From positions 310,001-374,000 of the forward strand of contig JAKMXF010000066.1 in the NCBI GenBank assembly GCA_024704765.1: a stretch of 64,000 bases of DNA, read 5' to 3'. This stretch comes from Oopsacas minuta (taxonomy: Eukaryota; Animalia; Porifera). The translations under genes and the position numbers were made by a program. The notes beneath the pieces were generated by a model. The model saw nothing but the letters and a program-made list of their open reading frames with translations. It made no database searches and had not been told where the DNA came from. This document shows, in pieces, positions 23,730 through 36,213 of the stretch. Numbering within the stretch: the first letter of the stretch is position 1; each line of letters begins with the position of its first letter.

Positions 23730-24042
23730 CAAACACGAATATGTGGACGTTTAAAAGCCACGAGCTTAAATGTACATTTGCTTATTGCTATCTTAATGCA
23801 AATTTGAAGTCAGTCGATGAACTCTTGGACATCTTCTTTCTCTCATCTCTCGTCTATTTTTATAATTTTATTATCTTGCTATCGCGTTGCTTGTTGTTGT
23901 GATTTGACATTGGGCTGTTGGTGTGTTTTGGGTTGTATTATTTGGTGCACGTAGTCTTGTTGTGTATATTTGATACGGGATTAATTAAATGTAGAAACAC
24001 TCATTTCCATATATATACTTAATACTTATATAAGGCCCTTGT

Positions 24043-24372
24043 CACTGTTAATGATTGTTTCAGCACCATATGCTGTCTATCTAAGCATGTGGGCGGGCGG
24101 CATTTCAGTATCATTTTTTATGACGTCACTATAATACAAAGTGGCCAAATACATGGAAAAATTTAAATGACTCTACTTGGAAATTTGAAAATTATTTAGC
24201 GTATGTTAATCGATTTCTGTGAAGAGAAATTAAATACAAGAATTCACCGGTTGGTTAGTAAATATATTGTGTAGTTGAATTTCACTGAGAAAATGGTGAA
24301 ATAATGGCAATATTCATGCGACAGGTAAACTTGATGTGGAGTAGAACTGAAACAAGTTTCCAACTAACAGTT
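24043..24372. mobile_element. ~330 bp TIR element, copy 2 (homologous to 2524-2854)
   Basis: CACTGTTAATGATTGTTTCAG at the left and CTGAAACAAGTTTCCAACTAACAGT at the right, plus shared internal blocks. It lies just upstream of the LRRK start. Confidence 0.65.
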
Positions 24373-24558
24373 AACTTAACTAACTGAACAAGTGATTACT
24401 TACTTTATGAGGCTAATAACTAAAAAGCAAATTTGTTAGTATTTCTAACAATTAGTTCTGTGTAATCCAAATATCGAATTTCATTAAACTTTAGGCTTTC
24501 TATTGAAAAGCTAATAAATAAACTATGATAATAACGTCTAAATATATGATCAAATAAA

Positions 24559-27500
24559 ATGGCGAACAAAAAAATTAATGCTATTGCGTCGCTGCAGAAT
24601 GGAAGTTTGGATAAAGAACTTTGTCGATTAGACGCCAACCAAGCTAGTAAAATTCTCAACCAAAACTCACCGAATCATTTCGGTAGAACGGTACTACATT
24701 TGGCATGTGAACACGGCCAATACGAAGCAGTTAAATGTTGTCTAGAATTCGGAGCAAGGCCGAATAATACATCTACCTCAGCTGATCTACGAAAAAGTCC
24801 TTTACATGTGTTAATACAAAAACTACCTCCAAATACTGTCGAAATAACCAAGTTGCTTCTGGCTTATCGAGCTGATCCTAAAATAGTAGATTCATCAAAG
24901 AATACTCCGCTTGACTATGCTCATCAAAAGAATCATAAACAACTCATTCAATTGCTTTCAAAGGCTACATCTATTTATCAGTCAGCCTCTGGTATAGCTA
25001 CTAGAGAAGCGCCGGTAATTCACAAAGAAATAGAAAATAAAGTTGAAGGATCGAACGAGAAAATTATGGAATTGTTATCAAAATGTTATTTAAAGACTCT
25101 CTCAACTTTCGATTACAATAACTGGTCGCTGATTAATCGTGCTATCGTAAATTCTAACTTCAAATTAGCTGAATCCCTTGTCGAACATACTCTTGAAATC
25201 CCATCCACTAAAAACCCATCAAATTTCTCTCCACTCCATCTACTAACAATTTTCAAGTGCACAACTCTATTTAAAAATATAATAACAAAGTTTCCTAGGC
25301 TACTTCTGAGTAGAGATAATGACAAGAATACTCCATTACATTTGGCTTGTCGTAACGGCGTTTTTGAGTTAGTTTGCCTCATGCTGCCTGACAACAGACC
25401 ACTACAGTACGTAGATGTAAATGCCACAAACATGCGAGGCACGACTCCATTACACTACGCAGCGAGAGAGGGACATATATGTATAACAGAGTATCTATTG
25501 CAGTGTACGAAAACTAATTGTATTGACAGTACAAAACAAACATTCTTATTGAAGGCTATTCTGTCAGAACGAATAGACCTGATTCACACGTTACTATCAA
25601 ATCATTCACATGTAGTCGGTCAGCTCATTAATTACCAGGACAATGAGGGTAGGACCTTTCTACAACATATAGTCTCTAAAGGTCTTCACAACATAGTCAG
25701 GCAAATTCTCAAGCTAAACCCATCAGTAACTACTGTTGGTTTACTGACACTACAAGGTTATAAGAAATACAAATCGACGTACGCAGAATTTGAATTCTCA
25801 TTAGATGAAGAGATAGATGGTATCGATGAGTCTTTGCCGCCAATCATGCCAAACGACTCAGTACAAATTTCTCAATTAAGACGCACTCCTAGTAATCCTT
25901 TGAAAAGTAGCAATAATTTGAATTCACTGGACACTAGTATTGATTTCTACCCTAGTTCGCAGAGAAACAGTTTTAACACGAGCACTAGTGGTAGTTACCC
26001 AAAATGCGGAAGTAGTTTGGAATCAAAAAATTCTGATAATGTGTCTGCTAATGTTAACGTGGGTAAACAATCCTATCCAACTGATATACCTCAAGAACAT
26101 TCCCGTAACGTGTCTAAATTCCAAAAGTCTTCTAATTTCATCCTCAACAAATCTACTAATGTAACGGTGCTTATAGAATCACTGTTGTTGGATGATTTAA
26201 GTAGCTTCCAACTAATAATCGATTATATCCTTGAAAAGAATATTCCTATATCAGCATTGCCAGATTTCCAAAGTGCGGTGTGTTTAGCAATTCGTATAAA
26301 GAAATGGAGAGCAGTTGAAATTCTTCTAAAACTAACTTACAATGAGAAAATAGAGTATGAAGTAATTTGGAACAGGCTATACCTCACAAACGAAGCTCTG
26401 AACGAAGTAATCCAAGATATTACATCATTCAAATTTCTCACTAGTACAGACATGGTATTTCAAAACCTGATGGTATTAGATATACACAATAATGAATTGA
26501 CTGAGATTCCGAGTTTCATAGTTCAAATGAAAGAGCTTAGAAGACTATCTCTTGTTAATAACAAAATAGAAAATATTTCTCACGAAATATTTTCAATGAA
26601 AGAATTGAGAGAACTTAACTTATCAGGAAATTCGGTAAAATTTATACATCATCTAGCGAATGAACCTCTAATCAGTTTATTAAAATCAAAACTTGATAAA
26701 TTAGAATTAGAAAACTGCGGACTTGAACAATTCCCACCAGTTATAGAAGAACTCTACAAGCTACATGATTTGAATTTATCGCAAAATAATATTAATTCAA
26801 TTCCGTGTTACATTTGGAAACATAAAGGAATACGAAGACTGAATTTATCCCGTAACAAACTGACCCACCTTACTACTAAGTTGCTACGACCTAATGCTAT
26901 AGTACGGAGTAGCAATAATATAGTAGGAGAAGTAAGGATGAGAGCACCGAGAAGATTCTCTACATATTACGATAAGAGGGGAAGTAGAGAGAGATTTCAA
27001 ACACTCCCAATCACCTCAGATTCTATACCAGTTAGAAGTGTGCAGAGAGCTTCATTTGAACACAGTATCATACCTGGACTACAGTTTAATGTACAGCTAA
27101 ATAATGACCTATCTGAGCTGAATTTATCTTACAATGAATTTGCTTATTTCCCAACAGACATGAGTGGACTTACTCCCACACTTAAGAAACTTAATATGTC
27201 TTACAACAAGATACAAACTATCTACTTAAGTCTGATTCCTTACACGCTGATCGAGTTGAATCTGGATGGGAATTTGATTGATACATTTTCTTGCGACGAT
27301 CCATACTCTAGATCAAAAGGCATTGCTGAGGGAACATCTACATTATGTAGTGAAGAACATGACGCACTTAACTGGTTAAAGAATCTATCCATTAATGACA
27401 ATAAACTGAAGGAATTCCCACTGTTAGTGCACTACAGCGAAAATGAAGGTTGTAGCAATATCATCAGGCAACATAATATGGAAAAAAGGTTAAGATTCCC

Positions 27501-30500
27501 AGTTCTAGAAGTTTTGAGTATTGTAAATAACGTAATAACATTGTTGACACCTGAAATTCAATACCAGGCTTCTATACAAGAAATATATCTAGACGGAAAT
27601 GCAGAATTAGCCAAATTACCATACGAAATTGGATATCTAAAATGCTTCAATAGACTACAAATTATTTCAGTTGAGAATTGTCCAAAAATTGGCAACATTC
27701 CACCACACATCTACAATCATGGAAATATCAATACACCACTGTTAATGCCTTATTTCAGAGCACAACTGAAAGGGAGTGTCCAGAATAACTTAGTCAAGTT
27801 GATGGTTATTGGTTCTTTCAACCAAGGAAAAACTAGTTTATTGAGGAGATTGAAAGGATTGGGTTTGACAGAGCGTAACCCAACCAAAGGAGTGGAGATA
27901 GATTCTTGGAAATGCGATTTCGGGAGGGCGAAATCAATAACATTTGTGACATGGGATTTTGCAGGTCAAGAAGAGTATTATGCTACGCATCAATGCTTCC
28001 TTAGCACAGGTGCCCTGTATATACTTTGTTTCTCATTGGAAACATTCACTGAAGATGCAAAGAGCATGCAAACAATGACAGAATGGCTGCAGTCCATTGA
28101 ACTACGTGCTCCCCGTTCACCTGTGATAATCGTAGGCACACATTTGGATAAAGTGAGTGAAAATGTTGCCCTAGTCATTAAGGAAACTTTACAAGAGAAA
28201 TTCGTAACTGAAGGAGCAAGCAGAATAGAACAACTCCCTCATGTAATTGATGTTATGCTAGTGTGTTGTATTCCTGAAAAAAGTTTTTTCTCCAAATTGA
28301 ACAAGAAAATGGATCAATTGAAAGATAGAATATTAGATGTAGTAGGACATCTCTCTATGCACTACAATCGTATACGACAGACTATATCTTATTTATACAA
28401 ACGTGATGCAGATTCTAAATCACCGACTCTACTTTTGAATCAACAAACTCCAAAAGATTATGAAAATCTTCGTGAAAAATTGTTCAAGGTGAGTTCTACA
28501 CTTCTTGTAGAGGCAAAACCGCCAATACTTAAAGATTCAGAATTGAAAAGTCACGCTGAACACATAATAGATAATCCTGACGATCTATTCGATGCAGTCG
28601 AGCATCTACACATGCAAGGAAGTATCTTACACTTCAATACTCCCCTATTAAAAGATGTTTACTTCTTAGATCCAAATTGGCTATGCAAACAAATGGCTAG
28701 AGTTATAGGTGCTCACACAGACACTAACAATTCCAATGGACTCGTTTCGTTAGTTGATTTGGAAAGTAGTTTAAAAGATATTTCACAATTCTGGAATAAG
28801 TTTGTGAGATTGTTAGAGCAATTCCAGATTATGTTAAGGTTCTCAGAGGAAGAAGTACTCATTCCCTCACAATTACCAGTCGAACCGATTAATCTTGTTG
28901 GTTTATACAAGATTTTCACTGAAAACTTATACCCTGATCATAAAGACAAATATTTCGTACGTATCTGGCCGCTGGTAAATGTACCACATGGGTTCTGGCC
29001 CAGGCTTTTATGTCGTGTAGCTCAAGATCCAGTGATAATGTCATTAGTCAGCAAGAAATCTCATGCCACAATATCTATTATGGGCTCGCTGAAGGAAAGA
29101 AAGGAAGAAATAAAACGAAAACGAATTATCTCTGATGCGAATTTACCAACATTTGATTCAGATATAAACTGGAATTTTTGGAGAAGTGGCGTTCAGCTTG
29201 TTGATAAGCATGGAGAAATTCAGTTTGAAATTATAGAACTGTCACAAGATAATCCTGAAATAGTGGAAGAGGATAATACACCAGATTGTTATATAGATCA
29301 GCATAGATTTTATATAGAGAAGAAATTTAGAGTTCTTTCAGTTGTTCATGTACAAAACGATGAACTCGCTACTGATTGTCAAATTTTCGTACGAATAACA
29401 CAACACATAAATTCCTTATTCGAAGCTTGGTTTCCAGGTATCCTTACTGACTATCAAGTCCCTAGTTACTATCCTTGCCCTCGTTGCTTCTATCAAGACA
29501 CAAAACAATCTGTACCGCATATACAAGATCAAGGATACAGCGGGACGTTCATTAAATTCGGGCAAACAATTTGGAGTACTTTCACAGAAGAACACTGCTT
29601 CAGGAGATCTGGAGAGAATTCCCCTGTAAAATGTCATTGGCATGGAAATATAGACATAAGCAGAATAGCTCCTGATGTCAAGCTATTGGATGTAGGACCA
29701 GATCGTGTATTAGATATGAACACAATCCGTCTAGGCTCACAATTGGGGGCTGGCACTTATGGAGTTGTGTACAAGGGTGAAATATGGGATCACTATGATA
29801 ATGACTCGATACCTTGTGCTATAAAGCTATTCGTAGGCAACACTTTCGGGAGAAGTTATGACCATATCCTTGAGCATATGTCAGAAGAAGATCAATGGAA
29901 TTCATATATAGAATTAAGGAAAGAGCTCTCACCCATGGTTAACCTAACACATCCTAATCTATCTCTACTCTTGGGTGTAACAATGTCACCTCTGCAGATT
30001 GTAATGGGGCTAGCACGAAAAGGTTCCTTACTTACAATGATTAACAAATACAGTGAGAAGAAAGCTATTTTCCATCCAAAGATAGCAGCTAGCTCTATTT
30101 TACAGATAGCTTCCGGACTGAACTATCTGCATTCTAACAATCTAGTACATCTTGACTTGAAAGCAGCTAATATATTAGTCTGGGATTTTCCAGAGCCAGA
30201 TGAACAAACAGCTGACTCAAAAGTACTTCTGAAACTTGCAGACTACGGCACAGTGTTACACTGCGATACATTGGGGGTACGTATGTCGAATTTGGTAGGA
30301 ACTCCTGGTTATATTGCCCCAGAAGTTGTGCTGTTCTCTGGGAAGCAGAGCTTCACATCTAAGGCAGATGTTTTCTCATTCGCAATGGTGTTGTATGAGA
30401 TTTTAAGCTACAGACCTCCTTTTGTTAATTTCGATAGCGAGCATGATCAGAAATGGGCGCCAGCACAAGGACGTAGACCCCTTTTACGCGCGGAAGAAAA

Positions 30501-32199
30501 ATACAGTCCTTGTTTGTTCCAAGACCTCATGACTGCTTGTTGGACAGCTGATCCTGACGACCGTCCTACCATGGAGGAATGTGAAAATATAGCCAGTAAT
30601 CCTCTATTTAGCGAAATTCGTAGTATAATGTCCTTTGAGAAAATGGTTAGATTCGCTTCCCATGCTGTTATCACCAACACCCTGAGTGAGACACGAATTC
30701 CTGGGGATTCTATGGATTTACAGCCGTTAGGCATGGAAGGAGGACTCACCGATTCCATGAAGAGGTATGGTAGTATGTCAATGGAGCCGAGAAAGCCAAG
30801 AATCAAATCTGACATAATTGACTTTGGAAACTTACTCACAGGGGAGAATACACAGATTTGGCTAGGTGCATTTAATGATCCGTATAGGAATAAAGTTGCA
30901 ATAGTACAGTATCTGCATGGGCAATTAGGAAGTCGTGTATGGTTTGTAGATGTTTTACCATCAGGGGGAGATGCCTACATAACAGTGCTTACTTCAGTTA
31001 ACAAGCAAGTATGGCTAGGTACTAATGAGGGAAAGATAATTGTGATTGATGGAACTTGCTTTAAGAAACTACCAGTTGAATATTCTAATTTAAATACAAA
31101 TGAAATACACGCAATTAAGCACGTTGAAATAATGAAGAAAGTGTTTATATCATTTCGCAGTAATGACGTTGCAATTCTAGAAGATAAATTGGAAGTGGAA
31201 CTATCAGGAAACTACAAATTTATTATAACAGTTTTCATTACAACAGATAATCCTATATTCACATTCCACCCTGTACAGAGGCATACTAACAGCTGGGAAG
31301 TATGGGGAACTAAGGATGGGTGTACCATAGAAGTTTTCCCGCAGTTACCCAATGGTAAACTCGGTCAGAACTTTAGCAAGTCATTATCAGTAGATCCTAC
31401 TGTTAAGTATCAGCGATTTCATTGCATCGCTTCCTGTTTTCAGGAGGATATACCCGAACAGAAAATAGATGGATATGCAGTAGTATGGATATCTGAATGG
31501 CAGAGAGCTACAGCTTATGTAATGGGGGTTTTGAGTAGGTCATTGAGAGCTGGTGTGCCAATACCTAAGGATTTGAATAATCCTGATGCGATTAAAGAGG
31601 TAAGATAATACAGTCCAACAGAACTCCTGTTATATCGAATACGGATACATTATAGAAATACCCGCTTATATCCAAGTCTGAAATTGCACAATTATAGTAT
31701 CGAAGTAACATAAATTACACCGGTTAATCAAAACCTGCTTATTTCGAAGTAATTATCGCGGTCACTTGAGCTTGAGTTTTGATTTGTTAATATATTCGTA
31801 CTAATTAGTGTGGAACAAATTGTTGCTTATATAGAATGAGCAAAGCCAAATGAATCTCTTTCGAATATGTACAATGTTATCCATGGTTTATTGTTGTGTA
31901 TCTGTGTTTAGATTTCTTCTATGTATAATAAAGGCAGGACAATCTACTTGGGAGTGAGTGATGGACACGTGTATAAATTTGATATGGTATCAAGACAATT
32001 GCTAAATTCCTATGCAATTCATCAAACTAAAGTCAGGAAAATAATTCCATTACCTGCACTAGCGAATGGTAGTGTTTGTGCTGAGAAATGCTGTGAAGAT
32101 CAGCAAATAGTTATAACAGTAGGTAACGGGTTCTATCAACACATTCCTTCTGTAAAGAAAAGCAGAGATTTGTGTCTTGTTGCATTCAGTTTGTCTTAA
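24559..32199 (+). CDS. LRRK: LRRK1-like ROCO protein (ankyrin, LRR, Roc GTPase, COR, kinase, WD40-like tail); exons 24559-31599 and 31912-32199
   Basis: Ankyrin repeats GRTVLHLACEHG, NTPLHLACRNG, TTPLHYAAREG. LRRs such as LRRLSLVNNKI. Roc motifs GSFNQGKTSL, PTKG, WDFAGQEEYY, GTHLD. Kinase motifs LGAGTYG, AIK, HLDLKAANIL, DYG, GTPGYIAPE. Donor GAG|gtaag at 31599/31600 and acceptor tttag|ATT at 31911/31912 are in phase. Confidence 0.95.
31611..31780. mobile_element. Family-1 MITE filling most of the single LRRK intron (right end degenerate)
   Basis: TA|CAGTC...AACTCCTGTTATATCGAA...TCGAAGTAATTATCGCGGTCACTTGAGCTT. Confidence 0.65.
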
Positions 32200-35100
32200 T
32201 TATTTCATATAGTTGTACACATTATTATTATTATTAATTAGGATAATGCTTGGAGGACAATTAATTATTTCAAATAGTACTTGAAAGTAATTTAGATCCA
32301 TTGATTGCAGCTGGAGATCGATTTATATTTATATCAGTAGAAATTAGAAATTAGCATACGTACTTCCAGGTGTTATGTTTAGAGGCAAAAATACATTAAT
32401 TAAGTTAATAAACAATTGGTAGGGCTGTAAGGTTATTCAGAGCACACTGGTAGAGCTCCAATCATTACGCCTAAATAAGTAAATTACACATACGGTTGTA
32501 GGGAAAGATCTACAGTTATCACGTTAAAAGTGTATTATTATCAAAATCAACGCGTAGAGGAACGTCTGGTGCTCCTAGATTCCTTTAAAAGATCCTTCTA
32601 CTCAATTAATTATATTTACATTTACTATACAAGAATTTACTTAAAGAAATATATTTCCGATACATTATTGAGTTATCATAAATATTATCACCATTTGAAT
32701 CTGTATTAATTGAATTAGAATAAAGCTAATATATTATTAGAATAATATATTTAAAGATATGCCATCATATTCCTGTCTCTTTATCTCATCGTAATGCATG
32801 TGATCATCCTAGCATTAAGATTAGCTAATGTACGCTAGTAGCAAAATACACATAAGGTATTGGGTGGGGGGAAGTCTAAGTGATGTGTAAGGAATCTTAT
32901 TATGTATTGTATTTATCGTATCTTATCTACACTGAGTTTATATAATATTAACAGAATCGTAATTCTAGCTATCATAATTAGATCTACTGAGAAATTTAGT
33001 GCTGTGACTTTTTCAAAATGAGCCTTGTACAAATATCTCTATGTGACCAGATTGAGAGTACAAAGGAAACATATCCTTTGTTTGTACGTATATAGGCGGT
33101 CCTTGATTAGCTAAAATATTTCATTTTATCTAATATTACTAGGATAATTCCACTCAATTTGGTTTCGAAATAGCTGAATGTATCCAAATCGGTGATACAT
33201 AATTTGAGTGTAAAACTACAGGAAATTCACAATAATTACTGAATAATATTATAAGCAATTGTGAAAGTAGAAAATAATAATCCAGATGTCTTTATGCAAA
33301 TAATTATCCCTTATAAGGAATTGAAATTTTACGTCCAACTAACATAAATATGCTGATAAAATCATGTTACGTCAAACTACTGTACACAGTGACGTAATTT
33401 CATAAGATTCTGATAATTAGAATAATTCAGTACAAGAACTGTATCCCTGTATCCTACGTCAATACCCAATAGAACTTCTGGCAGATCTAATACGTCATAG
33501 TATAATATCTATGGAGTAACTTTTGCCTACTGAACAATGAGGATTTACCTAAAGCAGTAGACAATATTTTTCTGAATACTATATCTTTGTCGTGTTGACT
33601 AGACATCTTGTAAGTGAAATAATGACATAATTTTAGAGTCAGTAATTATTAAATTTCGTGTAACAGTCATGTTTGTGTAACTGTGAAGATTATGCAAGGT
33701 TTATTAATAATGACCTTATCTCCCTTGCTGTGTTAGATACATGATTCATCGGGTTAATGGTGAACAAAGGTTGCCTAGTCATTTGATAATGAATACTATA
33801 TTATAATGAAGGACTCGTATCTTTGATGTAGTTATGGTTTGTATTTTCAGCTTTACATATACCTTGTGATACTATATCAGCTGATTAGATAATTAATCTT
33901 AAATTTCAAACAAATTGTAGTAATTAAAACATTATTAACCAACTTAAGTATAGTTTAAACAGGGTTGTTACTTGTAGCCTTTTTCTAACCAAATTTTCAG
34001 GATATGAGAAAATTTGTATTTCCGTTCGATTTCCATTAGATTATTCACTATTTTATCTATTTTCCCAACATATTTATGGAACAAATGAAAGATAAACCAG
34101 TTTCTGCTGTATATTATATAATTCGTCTACATGATACTAAAGTGCCAAATATTTCATACAAAATGGAGAGATTCAGGGAAATATTCAAGCGGCAAAAAAA
34201 TCTATATTTCCTATTCGTTAGCTGTAGAAATATTGTAAATTATATTAAATGAAAATCAATTACGTCAATTAGCTATGAAAATAGATCGTTTCTTACATAT
34301 TATGGTTAGCTATTAATGTATTCGTAGTAAACCACTTAATATCCACAATCACGTTTTGTAAACTCTTAATAATTTGTTTATTATTATAAATTTATTGAAT
34401 AAAAGTAATTTCTTCTCAGAAATTCACATTGGTTCTCAGTATAAACTTAACACAATTATATAAATAAACCAATTTACAATAGATTGCATTGATAATTATA
34501 TGACAATTGTATTATCAAAATCAATTTGTGGCGCAAGATGCTTTAATTAAACAGATGCAAGTGAGATTCAAATTTTCAACATTACACAATTATACTTGAA
34601 AATTTCCAATTTAAATAATTAAGTCACTCAATGGTGCATACTGTCCCAGGTGGGCACAAATTTGAAACTGGCATCTGATACAGGTGGTCTTAAATTTTAA
34701 GATGATCACAGAATTTACCTGAATTATTCTCTGAGATCAGATTAGGTTTCACTGTAATTCATAAATATACAATAATTCATTTAGTAGAGGAAACTAATAC
34801 CAGCAGGATAGAAGAATCAATCAATACATTATCTTTAATGCTGATAGAAATCTAACAACTTATAGAGTAAATACGCATACATTTCTAATGATGAAAGAAA
34901 TTGTGTCGACTCAACTATCTGAACGGCTAATCGGGTCACTAAATCAAGATGTGATGATCTGGCCACCCACTTATTGTGTGTAATATTAATGCGTCTTGCA
35001 AGGAATGGCATAAAAAATTGTAGCGAATTTTTGAAAAAATATCGAAAAATATCGGGAATATTGGAGAATTAGCCGATATATGCACTCTGTATTAATTCTC

Positions 35101-36213
35101 TAAATAATCATTTGATGCTATATTTAATATGATGAATATGCTTAGATATAAAATTTTACCAAAATGAACTAACAGCAGAGATATCCGTGTAAATATAATT
35201 ATTTCTATATAAAGTAATGCAAACTACAAGCTGTTGTGTAATATAATTTAGTGAACGCGTTGCAAAAATATTGTATCTTATAGGTGTACTGTTTGATGAA
35301 TTTAGACCAAGGCCAGTGGTTCGAATCCAAAGTGTAATTCTCCCCAGAAATTGACCTCTCTGCTAGTTGCTATTTAAATCATCATATCACTGCGAATAAT
35401 TATTATGCTTGATGTTTCAAAATAGGAGCCATGTATTTTGATTGGATTTACCTGAGAGATTGACAATGTAACTCAAACGTAGAACATAGCAAATAAGATT
35501 CGGTTGTAATATTTTAATCTAGTCTTATAAAATTCCCAAAATTGTTAAAAAATGTAATACAGTGGAACCTCGTAATACGAACCAAACGGACGGTTTGTTC
35601 GCTCTACCTAGTGTTAACTGCGTACATACTTTAGTGTACGGTATCAATTAACTCTATGGGCGAATTTCCAGAGCATATATAGAGCAATTACGTGTCGGAA
35701 AGGGTTCTAATAGCAAGTCATAGCACTCAACTTCCAATCTGAATATAATTAAATGAAAACTGTAAAGGATAGCGTGAATTAACACAAATTAACCTTACTA
35801 ATATACTTCCATAAGACAGTTTCTTATTGTAAGAAACCTATCAATTTTAATGTTAAATATTTATGAGATATATTCGTAGTAGTTAATAACGTATAATTGT
35901 CACGGTGCACAAAGCTAACTTGAGCGTGGATAAAGTAATCAAAAGTAACTATCTTGAGATTCATGATTGAAACTCTCAATAAATAATCACACGTGTATTT
36001 ATAGACACATCGGTACAAGTAACGAGATCCTAGGTAAACATCCAATTTGCAATGCAATGCAGCAAATTGCCTGTGAAGAGTATAAATAGTAATAATGCTC
36101 TGAAGCAAGTCAGACTACAACTACTATTTATGCAAAATTTTGTTTCCATCTCCTTCGTAAATTAAATTAATTCTCACACAATACAACATTCATTCCCACA
36201 AAAAACCTTGAAT

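Noticed and set aside
25113-30839. Antisense and alternate-frame ORFs overlapping LRRK (and similar ones over ACOT, LIM, C45, MACPF and ubiquitin)
   Set aside because: These are shadows of long real coding frames, with no independent motifs.
32200-36200. ncRNA or tRNA genes in the long gene-free gap
   Set aside because: No cloverleaf, A/B-box or known RNA motif could be recognised by eye. A covariance-model search would be needed to exclude them.
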